Source: Deltaproteobacteria bacterium
GTDB taxonomy: Bacteria; Myxococcota_A; Polyangia; Polyangiales; Houyiibacteriaceae
Direction: 5' to 3'
Assembly: GCA_034670305.1 (NCBI GenBank)
Contig: JAXMNT010000028.1
Span: 36,106 to 100,105 of the forward strand
DNA length: 64,000 nt
Below are positions 20,210 through 31,100 of the stretch, in pieces. The notes under the pieces are model-generated. The model was not told where the DNA came from. It made no database searches and was given only the letters and a program-made list of their open reading frames with translations. Numbering within the stretch: position 1 is the stretch's first letter; each line of letters starts with the position of its first letter. The translations under genes and the position numbers were made by a program.

Positions 20210-21721
20210 TCAGGCGGCTTGGCGGGCTTCCGCTTTCGCGGCGAGGGCTTCGGCGGCGCGGTAGACGACGGCCATGATCGAGTGTTGCGGGTTCACGCCC
20301 ATGTTGGTCGGGAAGATGCTCGCGTCCATCACGTAGAGGCCGCGCACTTCGTGCGACTGAAGCTCCGCGTCCACCACGCTTCGGCTCGGATCGCTGCCAG
20401 CGACCGCGGTGCCGAACAGGTGCGAGGCGACCAGGTGGACTTGGCCCCGCTTCCAGGGCGTGTTCTCGAGCGCGTCGACTTCGGAGACGTCGCGGATGAT
20501 CTCCGGCACTCCGTCGATGCCGGGGTAGACCTCCACCGCACCGGCGGCGAACATCATCCGGCAGATGAGGGTCAGCGCCTCCTGCACCTTGGCGAGGTCG
20601 CGTTCGGTCGGTTCGAAGAAGATGAGCGGGCCGAAGGGACCGCCGCGGACGCGGCCCTTGGCCTCCATGCGGACCTGCGAACACCACTGCGCGAAGTGAT
20701 CGAGGTTGGCCACGCGCTCTTGCCATGCGCGCCCCGCGCCGGGCAGCCGCGCACCCAGCATCTCAGGCGGCAGCGAGAGCGACTCGAGTTTGAAGCCACG
20801 GTCGCGCATCGGCACCTCGTAGCCCTGCGTGGCGCCGAAGCTCATGCGCACCGGCTCCGGAAAACGGCCCACGATCGCGGTGCCGGGATGCGACTGAAAC
20901 CGTTCGCCGACGAGGCCACGCAGACCGCTCTTTCGGAGAATGATCGGCGTGTGCACGACGCCGGCAGAGACGATGACGTGTTCGGCGCGGACGCGGAAAC
21001 GTCCCACCGGTTTGCGGGTCCGAAGGTCGATCCGCGATCCCATCACCCCGACCGCGCGACCGGCTTCGATCCACACCTTCTCGACCCGGCATCCAGTGGT
21101 CAGTCGCGCTCCGTCTGCAATCGCGCGCGGCACGTAGGAGACGTCCATGCTCTGGCGGCGTTCGCCCGAACAGCCCTGCAGACACTCGCCCTTGCCCTGA
21201 CAGCGGCGGGCGTTGCGCTGCATCGGCTTGCCCGGCAGACCGAGCGCCTCGGCGCCCTTTTGCATGAGCAGCGCGTTGCCGCCGCGGACTTCGTCCTGGG
21301 TCGATTCGACCTCGAGTTCGTCTTCGATGACCTCGTAGATGCGGTTGAGCTCCGCGTCGTCCACGAGCCAGTCGAGTCCATGCTCGGCCATCCACTCGTC
21401 GCGCACGTCTTCGGGCATGCGCCAGATGATGCCGGAGTTGATCGCCGTGCTTCCGCCCACACAGACGCCCTGCAGGACCGGGATCGGCATCGTGCCCGTG
21501 GTGGTCTGCGATCCCGCCATGCGCATCGCGGAGCTCATCGCGCCGATGGCATCGCGGCGACGTTCGGCGTTGTCGAGCTTCGGCCCTTCTTCGAGCATCA
21601 GCACATCGCGGCCCGCCGCGGCCAACACCCGCGCCGCGGTCGCGCCGCCTGCACCGGTGCCGACGATCACGATCTCGGCTTGGTCTTCGTACACGTACTT
21701 CCGGAACGACTCGAACATCAC
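20210..21721 (-). CDS. GMC-family FAD oxidoreductase (long-chain alcohol oxidase-like)
   Basis: IVGTGAGG, GGSTAINSG, CxGxGxCxxGC, SHLFGT, DASIFPTNMGVNP. Confidence 0.9.
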   Translation of the reverse strand: MMFESFRKYVYEDQAEIVIVGTGAGGATAARVLAAAGRDVLMLEEGPKLDNAERRRDAIGAMSSAMRMAGSQTTTGTMPIPVLQGVCVGGSTAINSGIIWRMPEDVRDEWMAEHGLDWLVDDAELNRIYEVIEDELEVESTQDEVRGGNALLMQKGAEALGLPGKPMQRNARRCQGKGECLQGCSGERRQSMDVSYVPRAIADGARLTTGCRVEKVWIEAGRAVGVMGSRIDLRTRKPVGRFRVRAEHVIVSAGVVHTPIILRKSGLRGLVGERFQSHPGTAIVGRFPEPVRMSFGATQGYEVPMRDRGFKLESLSLPPEMLGARLPGAGRAWQERVANLDHFAQWCSQVRMEAKGRVRGGPFGPLIFFEPTERDLAKVQEALTLICRMMFAAGAVEVYPGIDGVPEIIRDVSEVDALENTPWKRGQVHLVASHLFGTAVAGSDPSRSVVDAELQSHEVRGLYVMDASIFPTNMGVNPQHSIMAVVYRAAEALAAKAEARQAA

Positions 21722-22188
21722 GCCACCTGCTTCTTGGATTTGGATCCCACGAGGCGAAGTCGGACCGGAGTCTGCCCTTCGCGGTTTCGGTCGTACCCGG
21801 AGCGCGCCCGGATGCTCTTGGTGCCGAAGAGCGTCATCGACGCCTGCACCTTCATCAGCCAGGTGAGCTCGCGAACGAGACCCAGCCGGTGTTCACTCAG
21901 GGCGTCGAGCAGTTCGGCGCGTTCGTTCGCGCTCAACCGGTCGATGCCCTTGGCTGCCTTGCCGGTCCAGATGGGCGAGGTGCCCACCAGCGCACACGCG
22001 AACCGCATGCCCACCTTGGCGATGGGGCTGGCGTGTTCGTTCGCCTCCAGGAACCCGCCGACGTAGTCGACCTCGCCGGGCCGGGGCGTGAGCACCCGGT
22101 CGTCCGCGGAAGACTCGTCCGCAGGTGGTGCGAACCCTTCGAAGATGGCGTGCATCCAACGCCGCTCGATCCAAGACAATCGCATCAT
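21718..22188 (-). CDS. Small protein coupled to the GMC oxidoreductase (possible accessory subunit)
   Basis: 4-bp overlaps with both neighbours. Confidence 0.65.
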   Translation of the reverse strand: MMRLSWIERRWMHAIFEGFAPPADESSADDRVLTPRPGEVDYVGGFLEANEHASPIAKVGMRFACALVGTSPIWTGKAAKGIDRLSANERAELLDALSEHRLGLVRELTWLMKVQASMTLFGTKSIRARSGYDRNREGQTPVRLRLVGSKSKKQVA

Positions 22189-23018
22189 TCCTCCAGCTCT
22201 TTGGCGCGCACGGAGCGCGACGACTTCGGTTCGGCGGGGGCAGAAGGCGTTTTGGCCTCCGGCGTTCCTGCCGTCTTCTTGAGTTGGCCGGCGCCCTCGA
22301 GCGCGCGGGCGACTTCTTCCAGCCGGTCCATCGTGCGGCGATCGAGCGGCTCGAAGGCGGAGCGCGCGAACGCTCGGACCTGATCCGGGTCGCGGGACTC
22401 GAGCAGCTCGAGGACCCGGTCGTACGTCTTCAACGTCGCGGGTGCGTTGACCCCGAACGCGGCCTCGAGCCCAGGGTGATCCATCACCATGCGCTGCACC
22501 GTGTTGTAGAGCAGCTCGAGCGTCAGGTTGTGCGCCGCCCGAACGAGCAGGCGCGCGAACTGGAGGTCGGCGCGCATGAACGCGTCCGCGTCGCCGAGCA
22601 GCGGCCCCATGGTCGCGCGGTGGGTTCGGAGCCCGCGAAGTTCTTCCGAGGTCGCACGCGCCGCGACCAGACCGAGCAGCTCGGTCGCGATGAGGCGCCG
22701 AAACTCGAGCAGGTCGCCCAGCAGCGAGAGCGGCACCTTGCCGCCTTCGATCGCGTGCCGCGCGAGGTGGGCGATCAGCTCCACCCCACCCCGCTCCCGG
22801 TAATCGAGCACGAGGTTGCCCGACCCATGCACCTTCTCGATGAGCCCCTGCGCCTGAAGGTTGGCGAGCGCGCTTCGGAGCGTGAGTCGGCTGACCCCGA
22901 GCCGCTCCGAGAGGTCTCGCTCCCCTGGCAACGTGGTCCCAGCGGGGAACTCCCCACCCAGAATCCCCTTGCGAATGCGGTCTGCGGCTTGATCCGCGGC
23001 GTTTTGTTTGAGGGCCAT
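22185..23018 (-). CDS. GntR/FadR-family transcriptional regulator
   Basis: LPGERDLSERLGVSRLTLRSAL...HGSG; FCD-like C-terminus. Confidence 0.92.
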   Translation of the reverse strand: MALKQNAADQAADRIRKGILGGEFPAGTTLPGERDLSERLGVSRLTLRSALANLQAQGLIEKVHGSGNLVLDYRERGGVELIAHLARHAIEGGKVPLSLLGDLLEFRRLIATELLGLVAARATSEELRGLRTHRATMGPLLGDADAFMRADLQFARLLVRAAHNLTLELLYNTVQRMVMDHPGLEAAFGVNAPATLKTYDRVLELLESRDPDQVRAFARSAFEPLDRRTMDRLEEVARALEGAGQLKKTAGTPEAKTPSAPAEPKSSRSVRAKELEE

Positions 23019-23022
23019 AGAT

Positions 23023-23049
23023 TGGTATTACCAGTAAGTGGTATTACCA
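23023..23049. promoter_or_regulatory. Two tandem FadR-type operator palindromes TGGTATTACCA (23023-23033, 23039-23049)
   Basis: Match to the FadR-subfamily TGGT-N3-ACCA pattern, 4 bp upstream of the regulator ATG. Confidence 0.8.
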
Positions 23050-23124
23050 GTAACCCACCCTTCTCCACCGCGCAAGATCATTTTCCGGCCACCCGGCCAA
23101 AAATCCGCCAAACGGTTCTGCGGT

Positions 23125-23405
23125 TCCCTTGCCAGCGCCAAAGGCGCGATGCCCTTGCCCCTGCCCTTGCCCTTGGTGCGGTTCTGCGGTCCTGCGGTTC
23201 TGCAGCTCCCTTGCCAGCGCCAAAGGCGCGATGCCCTTGCCCCTGCCCTTGCCCTTGGTGCGGTTCGGTCAGTTCTGAGGAAGGGCACGGGTCCGTAAGG
23301 GCAAGGGCAGGGGCAAGGGCAGGGGCAAGGGTCCGTAGCCCGTAACGGCAAGCCTCGACTTCGGCTTCGCCATCGGCATCGGCATCGGCATCGGCATCGG
23401 CGTCG
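23125..23405. repeat. Composite repeat: 60-bp perfect direct repeat (23125-23184, 23207-23266) with CCCTTG units, an inverted CAAGGG tract (~23297-23331) and a (TCGGCA)n tract
   Basis: Directly visible. Confidence 0.9.
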
Positions 23406-23434
23406 CCTCCGGCTTCGCTGCTACGCTTCACCCC

Positions 23435-25864
23435 ATCGATCTTCGCGTCCAGATCTCCCTCATCGCCGCCATCGTCTCGCTCGCGCTCGCGGGCAGCGTG
23501 CTGCTGCGTTCCGGCAAGCGGCGCGATCACTGGCCCTTCGCGCTCTTGGCGCTGAACGCGGGGCTCTGGTACCTCACCACGTTCTTCACGAAGTTGCTGC
23601 CGCACCCGTTCTTCACGCGGCTCAACCTCGCGTTCGGTGTGCTCTTGCCGCTCGCCGCGGTGCAGTTCTTCCGTGCCTTCATCGCGGACGAGAACCGGTT
23701 GATGCAGCAGATCAACCGCGCGGCGTTGTTCATCGCGGCGCTGATCATCGCGACGACCGCCACCCCCTTCTACCAACACATCGTCGTGCGCACCGCGGTG
23801 CTCGCGTACGTGATCGTGTTCCTCGTCGCGCCGCTCGCGATGCTCTTCGTGCGTTCGCGCCAAGCGACCTCGCGGTTCGAAGGCGGGCGGCTCGCGTTCC
23901 TCACCGCGGTCGGCGGCCTGGCCGCGTTCTTCACCCTGATCGAATACCTGCCCTACCTCGGCGTCGAGATCCCGCCGGTGGGCACCGTGCTGGTGCTGGT
24001 CTTCCTCTACATGCTCTACCAGTCGGTGCTGCAGTACCGGCTGATCGATCTGTACGAGCTGGCCGGGCGGCTCGGTGTCTTGACCGCGCTCTCGTTCACG
24101 CTCGCCGCCATCCTGTGGTTGCTCGTGCACTTCGGGGGTCAGCGGTACTTCCTGCATGCCGTCGTCGCGTCCCTCGCGGTGCTGGTCCTGGTCGATCCGG
24201 TGCGCTCGCGGGTGCGAGAGAAGATCGGCCAGGTGCTGTTTCGGGACCGCTTCGACCTCGAGGGCCACGTGCTCGCGCTCCGTCGCACGGTCGCGCACGT
24301 GCTCGAGAGCAACGATCTCTCCATCGTCTTGATGAACGGACTCGAACAGTCCCGCCGCGTCACGCACGCGAGCCTGTACCTTCTTCGCGAAGGCCGCCGG
24401 CACTACGATCTGGTCGGACATCTGGGTCCCGAACCGGTCCCGCGGCTCGAGATGGCGCCGGCGGGTCCACTGCTCGAACGGCTGAAGCGCGACGGATTCG
24501 TCATCCTCGAGAACGTCGAACGCGCCCTCTCGGAGCAGCGCCACATCGGCGAGGATCGCGAAGCCGAGACGCTCTACGAGATCGCCCAGACCATGCGCGC
24601 GATGCACTCCTCGGTGTGCTTGCCGGTCGAGTCGCAAGAAGGGGATCTCTACGGGATCCTCTCGGTGCGCGACGAGCGGCTGCTCGACGCGTTCAGCCCC
24701 GAAGAAGTGCAGCTCCTCGCCGGGCTCGCCGCGCAGGCCGCCATCGCGCTCGAGAACTCCCGCCAGTACCAGCAACTCAAGGAGCGCGACCGCCTCGCGG
24801 CGATGGGTGAGATGGCGGCGGGTCTCGCGCACGAGATCCGCAACCCGCTCGGCGCCATCAAAGCCAGCGCGCAGTTCCTCACCGAGACCGGGCTCAGCAC
24901 GCCCGGAGACGAGGACCCGGACGAGTTCCTCGACATCATCGTCGAGGAAGTCGACCGGTTGAATCGGGTGGTCTCGACCTTCCTGGACTACGCCAAACCG
25001 AGCAAGGGCGACCCACGGCCGACCGATGTGAACCTGGCCCTGGATCGAACGGCGCACTTCATCCGGCCGGAGTGTCAGGCGGTCGGGACCGAGTTGACCG
25101 TCGAGCTCGACCCCGAGCTGCCGCTCGTGCGCATCGACCTCGAGCAGTTTCGTCAGGTCTTGCTCAACCTCACGCAGAACGCGCTTCAAGCCATGGCCGG
25201 CGGCGGCTCCCTGCGGCTCGAGACCGCGCGTGTGATGCGGGCCGGCGAGGCGTGGGCGGAGATCGCGGTGCGCGACACCGGTCCTGGCATCACCGACGAC
25301 GTGCTCCCGAAACTCTTCGTTCCGTTCGTCACGACGAAGGAGCGCGGCACAGGTCTCGGGCTCGCGCTCTCCCAGCGCATCATCGCGGCGGCCGGGGGGC
25401 GCATCCTGGTTCGGACCCGGATTGGCGAAGGCACGACCTTCCTGGTGCGCCTGCCCGGCAGCGTGGAGCGCACGTCCCGGGTGGAGCTCCCCGAAACGGT
25501 GGAGCCCGAGGAAGCCGAAGCCGCGGACGTGGAACGCTCGGGCCGCCGAGAACCGGTGGAGACGACGCCGGACACCGCGGGCCCAGAATCACCGCACCCA
25601 GAATCACCGGACCCAGAATCACCGCACCCAGAATCACCGCACCCAGAATCACCGCACCCAGAATCACCGCACCCAGAATCACCGCACCCAGAATCACCGG
25701 ACCCAGAATCACCGCACCCAGAATCACCGCACCCAGAATCACCGGACGCCGAGGCCGAGGTTCAGAGCAGGTCGTCGACCACGTCCAGCACCGCGTCGGG
25801 CCCCAAACCATCGGTGGAGAAGGGCGCGGGAGAACGCCCAACCGACGCGGTCACGAGCCGGTAG
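23435..25864 (+). CDS. Membrane sensor histidine kinase (multi-TM, GAF, HisKA, HATPase) with PESP[H/D] repeat tail; start uncertain (23435 ATC or 23498 GTG)
   Basis: Several TM helices; FSPEEVQLLAGLAAQAAIALEN; AHEIRNPL; NLTQNA; DTGPG; GTGLGL. Confidence 0.88.
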   Translation: MDLRVQISLIAAIVSLALAGSVLLRSGKRRDHWPFALLALNAGLWYLTTFFTKLLPHPFFTRLNLAFGVLLPLAAVQFFRAFIADENRLMQQINRAALFIAALIIATTATPFYQHIVVRTAVLAYVIVFLVAPLAMLFVRSRQATSRFEGGRLAFLTAVGGLAAFFTLIEYLPYLGVEIPPVGTVLVLVFLYMLYQSVLQYRLIDLYELAGRLGVLTALSFTLAAILWLLVHFGGQRYFLHAVVASLAVLVLVDPVRSRVREKIGQVLFRDRFDLEGHVLALRRTVAHVLESNDLSIVLMNGLEQSRRVTHASLYLLREGRRHYDLVGHLGPEPVPRLEMAPAGPLLERLKRDGFVILENVERALSEQRHIGEDREAETLYEIAQTMRAMHSSVCLPVESQEGDLYGILSVRDERLLDAFSPEEVQLLAGLAAQAAIALENSRQYQQLKERDRLAAMGEMAAGLAHEIRNPLGAIKASAQFLTETGLSTPGDEDPDEFLDIIVEEVDRLNRVVSTFLDYAKPSKGDPRPTDVNLALDRTAHFIRPECQAVGTELTVELDPELPLVRIDLEQFRQVLLNLTQNALQAMAGGGSLRLETARVMRAGEAWAEIAVRDTGPGITDDVLPKLFVPFVTTKERGTGLGLALSQRIIAAAGGRILVRTRIGEGTTFLVRLPGSVERTSRVELPETVEPEEAEAADVERSGRREPVETTPDTAGPESPHPESPDPESPHPESPHPESPHPESPHPESPHPESPDPESPHPESPHPESPDAEAEVQSRSSTTSSTASGPKPSVEKGAGERPTDAVTSR
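25583..25747 (+). repeat. 15-bp tandem repeat x11 (CCAGAATCACCG[C/G]AC)
   Basis: Directly visible; encodes PESPH/PESPD. Confidence 0.95.
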
Positions 25865-26811
25865 AACCGAAGGTCCGCGCGACGAAGGCTGTCTTCGGGG
25901 AGCGCGTTGTCCTGAAACAACTTCTCATAGGCCCGCACCGCAGATCCTTCGCCTGCCACCCGCGTGGCGTCCGGCAGTTGATAACGCCAAGCGCCGGGCG
26001 ACTCGTACGCGACCCCGTGGTCCTCGTAGAACGCGCGTTCGACGAACGCAGGCGCCGTGACCCCGAGGGTTCCGTCTTCCTCGAGCAGCGTGACTTCGAC
26101 GTCGAGGTGCGGAAGTCGTCCGTCGAGCGGGCCGCCGAGTGCCTGCTCCCGCTCTTCCCACCGCTGGCGCGCGACCACGGCGGCCGTCACCAAGGCCCGG
26201 CCCACCGAGCTCCCGCGGGCGCTTCGCCAGAGCCTGGCTCGGCCGCGGTCTCGGAGCAGCACCATCACCTCCACGCTTCGAATCCGGCGGAGAGGCTCTG
26301 GAAAACGGCTGACCCGCGGCGGGTCGTTTCCCTCGAGGATGGTGCGGGCCACCTGCGGCAACATGACCGAGGCCTCTTCGCCGAGGTCCGCCGAGATGGC
26401 CGGTTCGTAGAGCCCGAAGGTCGGCGTCAGGTAGATGCCGCGCAGCCCGTCCACGTGCCGGTACTGCACCAGGGCCTCACGCAGGGTGGCGGGTGTCTCC
26501 TCGGTCCGTCGGCCCGCCGCGACCAGGAGGGCGTCCAAGCCAGCGTCGGACATCGCCTCCCGGAGCGCGATGGGATCGTCGGCGTCCAATGCTTTGAGCA
26601 TGGCTTCCGAATCGACCGGGCGCAGCGTCGTCTCGGGCAGTTCGAGTTCGAAGAGGTCCGGGGGCGTTTCGCCGAGCACGCCAATCACTCCGCGCCGCTC
26701 GAGCTGGGTGAGCAGCCCGCGGTCGATGTCCGGCCCAGACGTGAGGAGCACGAAGGCCGCCACGGTGGCGCCAAGCACCACGACGGCTGTCGCGGTCAGA
26801 CCGCGGGACAA
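25762..26811 (-). CDS. Membrane-anchored/secreted hypothetical protein with an AMMECR1-like C-terminal region
   Basis: N-terminal hydrophobic helix; LPHLDVEVTLL...HGV...QLPD resembles the AMMECR1 pattern. Confidence 0.55.
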   Translation of the reverse strand: MSRGLTATAVVVLGATVAAFVLLTSGPDIDRGLLTQLERRGVIGVLGETPPDLFELELPETTLRPVDSEAMLKALDADDPIALREAMSDAGLDALLVAAGRRTEETPATLREALVQYRHVDGLRGIYLTPTFGLYEPAISADLGEEASVMLPQVARTILEGNDPPRVSRFPEPLRRIRSVEVMVLLRDRGRARLWRSARGSSVGRALVTAAVVARQRWEEREQALGGPLDGRLPHLDVEVTLLEEDGTLGVTAPAFVERAFYEDHGVAYESPGAWRYQLPDATRVAGEGSAVRAYEKLFQDNALPEDSLRRADLRFYRLVTASVGRSPAPFSTDGLGPDAVLDVVDDLL

Positions 26812-26905
26812 CGACGCGCCCCCCGACTGCCAGCGTTGCCCGCCCCGACTCGCGCTGGACCACAGGCGTGGGCACCGGCAGAGGCGGGGGCAAACAACAG
26901 CATGC

Positions 26906-28018
26906 CTACTTCAGAACTTGGGACAGCGGGGTGTATTCCACCCCCACTCCGTCCGCGACCGCCTGGTAGGTGCACGCGCCATCCCAGCAGTTGACGCCGA
27001 GCGCCAGACCGGGGTCGTCCTTCACGCACTTCTCGACGCCGAGCGACGCCATGCGTTCGGCGTACTTGAGGGTGACGTTCGTGAGCGCGAACGTGCTCGT
27101 CTGCGCAACCGCGCCCGGCATGTTCGGCACGCAGTAGTGCACCACGCCCTCGACCACGTAGGTCGGGTTGTCGTGGCTGGTGGGGCGACAGGTCTCGATG
27201 CAGCCGCCCTGGTCCACCGCGACGTCGACGACGGCCGAGCCGTCTTCCATCGTCTTGAGGGCTTCTTCGGTCACGAGGCGCGGCGCGCGCGCGCCGGTGA
27301 CCAGCACCGCCCCGATGAGCAGGTCCGCCCACTCCACCGCGTAGGCGACGTTCTTCGGATCCGAGTACAGGGTCTCGATCGCGCCCTGGAAGACGTCCTC
27401 GAGGTAGCCCATGCGGGTCGCGTCGATGTCGAGCACGGTCACATGCGCGCCCATGCCCACCGCGATGCGCGCGGCGTTGGAGCCCACGATGCCACCGCCG
27501 AGAATGGCGACGCGGCCACGACGGGTGCCCGGCACGCCGCCGAGCAACAGGCCCTTGCCGCCGTGTTCCTTCTCGAGGCACCACGCGCCCACCTGAACGG
27601 CCATGCGGCCAGCCACTTCACTCATCGGCCGCAAGAGCGGAAGCGATCCACCCGGTCCTTCGATCGTCTCGTACGCGATCGCGCGCACCTTCTTCGCCAT
27701 GAGCTGCTTGGTGAGCTCCTCGAGGGGCGCGAGGTGCAAGTAGGTGAAGAGCGTCAGGCCTTCGCGGAAGTACTGGAACTCCGCTTCGAGCGGCTCTTTG
27801 ACCTTGATGACCATCTCCGCGCCCCAGGCGTCGGCAGCGGTCGGAACGATCGTGGCCCCCGCGAGGGCGAGTTCTTCGTCCGAGAAGCCGGAGCCCAACC
27901 CTGCACCCTTCTGGACGAGCACTTTGTGGCCGGCCTGAACCAGGCCCAGCACACCGCCAGGGTTGATGCCGACGCGGTTCTCGCGCGGTTTGATCTCCGT
28001 GGGGACTCCAATGATCAC
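26906..28018 (-). CDS. ald: Alanine dehydrogenase
   Basis: [60 protein letters not shown]. Confidence 0.95.
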   Translation of the reverse strand: MIIGVPTEIKPRENRVGINPGGVLGLVQAGHKVLVQKGAGLGSGFSDEELALAGATIVPTAADAWGAEMVIKVKEPLEAEFQYFREGLTLFTYLHLAPLEELTKQLMAKKVRAIAYETIEGPGGSLPLLRPMSEVAGRMAVQVGAWCLEKEHGGKGLLLGGVPGTRRGRVAILGGGIVGSNAARIAVGMGAHVTVLDIDATRMGYLEDVFQGAIETLYSDPKNVAYAVEWADLLIGAVLVTGARAPRLVTEEALKTMEDGSAVVDVAVDQGGCIETCRPTSHDNPTYVVEGVVHYCVPNMPGAVAQTSTFALTNVTLKYAERMASLGVEKCVKDDPGLALGVNCWDGACTYQAVADGVGVEYTPLSQVLK

Positions 28019-28163
28019 GACAGGTTCCTTCCCGGGTTGCACACGGCCGAAGCCGAAGCGGGCGCCGACGTTAACAGCAGAGCCCACCGGAGGCGAGTGA
28101 GTTTGCGCCCTCCGCCGACATTCGGTCGGCGCGGGAACCCAGTGGCCACAGACACCCGGCGCA

Positions 28164-31100
28164 TCAGGCCGGCGCGCGTCGCATGCCCAAGGCATCCAAG
28201 GCAGCGAGTCGGATGGCCAAGTCCTCTGCCAGCACGCCGACCGCCGGCTCCGAGACGATGCCGATGTGGGTGTCCGGCACGTCGACGACCTCCACCTCGC
28301 TCGCGTAGCCGGCCCAGCCCAGCCCATCGCCCGCGTACGACTCGTCGTAGTAACACTCTTCGGTTGCCCGGTAGATGACCACGGGGCCGTCCAGCGGCTC
28401 GATCCGGTACTCGAGACTGGCCTCGAGGTTGCGCCGCATGGCGAGCTGCAACTTCATCTCCGGACTGAGTGATCGCCCCAGGCGCTCCGACACCCGGACA
28501 CGCGTGTCCCGAATCAGTTCGGCGAGGTGACCCAGACGTTGGCGGATCCGGCTTCCGATGTACTCGACGGGCGCGGCTTGGATCCCGCGCAGGTGGGTCG
28601 CCACGCGATGTCTCAACGCCTGGGGCGGCGGGCGCGGACCGAACGTATCGAACAACGCCAGCAGCTCCACAGACCGACCCATGCGGCGCAGCTGCTGCGC
28701 CATCTCCCAGGCGACCACACCGCCCAGCGACACCGCGGTCAGGCAGTAGGGGCCGCTCGGCTGGCGCGCGAGCAACTCGCGGCAGTACCGCCGTGCGAGT
28801 TCTTCGATGCCGGTCAGCTGATGGCTGGCGTCCGGACGCACCGGCGAGGCGAGGCCGATCACGGGCCGGGTCGATCCGAGACGTCTGGCGAGCGGTCGGA
28901 AGAACGCCGCGCCTTCGCCGAGCACATGCACGGCGTAGACCGGCACGCGTTCCGGTTCGCCTGGCTGGATCGGCACGACGAAGTGGGCGTGCTCTGTGTC
29001 CACCGCATGAGGGGCGGAGAGCCGGACGGCCAGGCGCGCCGCGGTGGGACACTGGTACACGCTGACCACCCGGATGCCCGCCGCGGGATGGTCGTCCGCG
29101 AGTCGTCGCGCAAGTCGCATGGCCATCAGCGAGTGGCCGCCCGACTCGAAGAAATCGTCGTCGACGCCGAACGTAGGGTTGTCGAGTTCTTCCCGCATCA
29201 ACCCCAGCACCGACGCTTCGAGAGGCGTCCTCGGCGGCGCGCCCGGACGGGACGGGGCACGCAACGGCGGGAGCGCGCCCAGGTCCGCCTTGCCGGCGGC
29301 GGTGCGTGGAATGTGGGAGACGCGGCCGATCGCAGAGGGGATCATGTAGGTCGGCAAGGAGCGTCGGAGGTCCGCGCGGATCCGGCGTGCGTCGAACGTG
29401 GCAGCCGAGGCCATCACCACGTGCGCGACGAGCTGGGTGGTCCCGCCCCGCGGCCGCGCCTGAACCGCCGCGGCTTGAATCTCCGGCAAGGCCACCAGCG
29501 CGTTGCGGACCTCCCCGAGCTCCACCCGGTGTCCGCGGACCTGAACCTGCCGGTCGATCCGACCGCTGAGCCGCAGCTGCCCGTCCGCGTCCACACGAGC
29601 CAGGTCACCCGTTCGGTAGAAGCGCCCCTCCGACGTCCTCGGGAACCGCTCGTCGGTCAGGGCGACTTGACCGACGTACCCCTTGGCGACCTGCGGTCCG
29701 CCGATCCAGAGCTCGCCTGGGTAGCCTTGGGGCAACGGCTGCCCCAACCCATCCACCACCCGCGCTTCGAGGTTGGCGATGGGTTGCCCGATGGGCACAG
29801 AACCACCCCGGTCCACCGAGGCTTGATCGACGAGGTGCACCGTCGCGTACACGGTCGCTTCGGTCGGTCCGTACTCGTTGTACAAGGCGACCTCCGGGAG
29901 CGCTTCGAGCTGGGCCCGAGCCAGATGCGGGGAACAGGCTTCGCCGCCGACGATCACCGCTTCGAGAGAGTCGAGTTGGTGCACGCCCGCAGCCAACAGC
30001 TCGCCCCACGCGCTCGGCGGCACATCGACGTGGGTGCACCGATGTCGTGCGATCGCGGTGCGCATGGCTTCGGGGTCGCGCCGCGTATCGGCGTCGGCGA
30101 CGTAAAGCGCGCCGCCGGTGGTCAATGACCAGAAGAGCGCGGCGACCGCAGAGTCGAAGGCCAAGGAGTGAAACGTACCGATGTGAGGGGCGCAGTCGCC
30201 GTATCCGTACAGCCGCGCATCGAGCTGAGCGGCGAGGTTGCGGTGGGTGACCTCCACGCCCTTCGGCCGTCCCGTCGATCCCGACGTGAAGATGACATAC
30301 GCCGCGTCGTCGAGGTCGGGCCCCTTGGGCACCGTGTTCCGACGGCCCAGTTCGAGCAGCGACGCCAGGTCCTCCAACACGGTGTCTGCCGCGGGGGCCG
30401 TCCTTGGTTCATCCACGATCACTCGGGCCGGGCGGGCGACCTCGAGAATGGCTTCGGTTCGAGCGTCGGGCAACTCTGGGTCGATGGGGATGTACGCGGC
30501 ACCGCAACGCATGCTCCCGAGGAGCGCCACCACGAACGGCGCCGGAGACCGGCACATGATGCCGACGCGGCTGCCCGGCCCCACACCTTTCGCCGCGAGT
30601 CCGGCGGCGACCGCCTGCGACTGCTCGAGCAGACTCGCATACGTCGTGCACCCATCGGCGACGAGGAGGGCCGGATCGGACCCCCGCTGGCGCGCGGCTT
30701 GTTCGAACCGCGTGGCGACGGTCGTCCGCACGCCAACCACCCGTGGGCCGCGCAGCACCGAAGCGGTCTCGGACATCGCCGCGGACGCGGGCAGCGCACC
30801 GGCCGCCAGCTCGCCCGCAAGGTGTCCGACGTTGGCGTCGATTTGAAGCAGCGACGCGTCGTCGAAGGTTCCGTCGGACCTCCACATCGGCTTCGGACCC
30901 GACAGGTCGAGCACCAGCGGCGCCGGCTCTCCACCGGTGCTCTGGTCGATGCGCACCCCAAACGAGTCGAGCGCACCCGGCCCGCCCCTCCATCGCCGCG
31001 CGAGGTCGCGCATCGGTGCGCCGCGGGACCGGCAGCGGTCGAACTCAGCGCGCACATGATCCGTGATCTGCCCGAGGGTGGACTCGAGCGCAGGCAGCCT

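Noticed and set aside
23125-23266. CRISPR-like direct repeats (also 35456-35522)
   Set aside because: Only two copies each, spacers of 22 and 13 bp, and no cas genes
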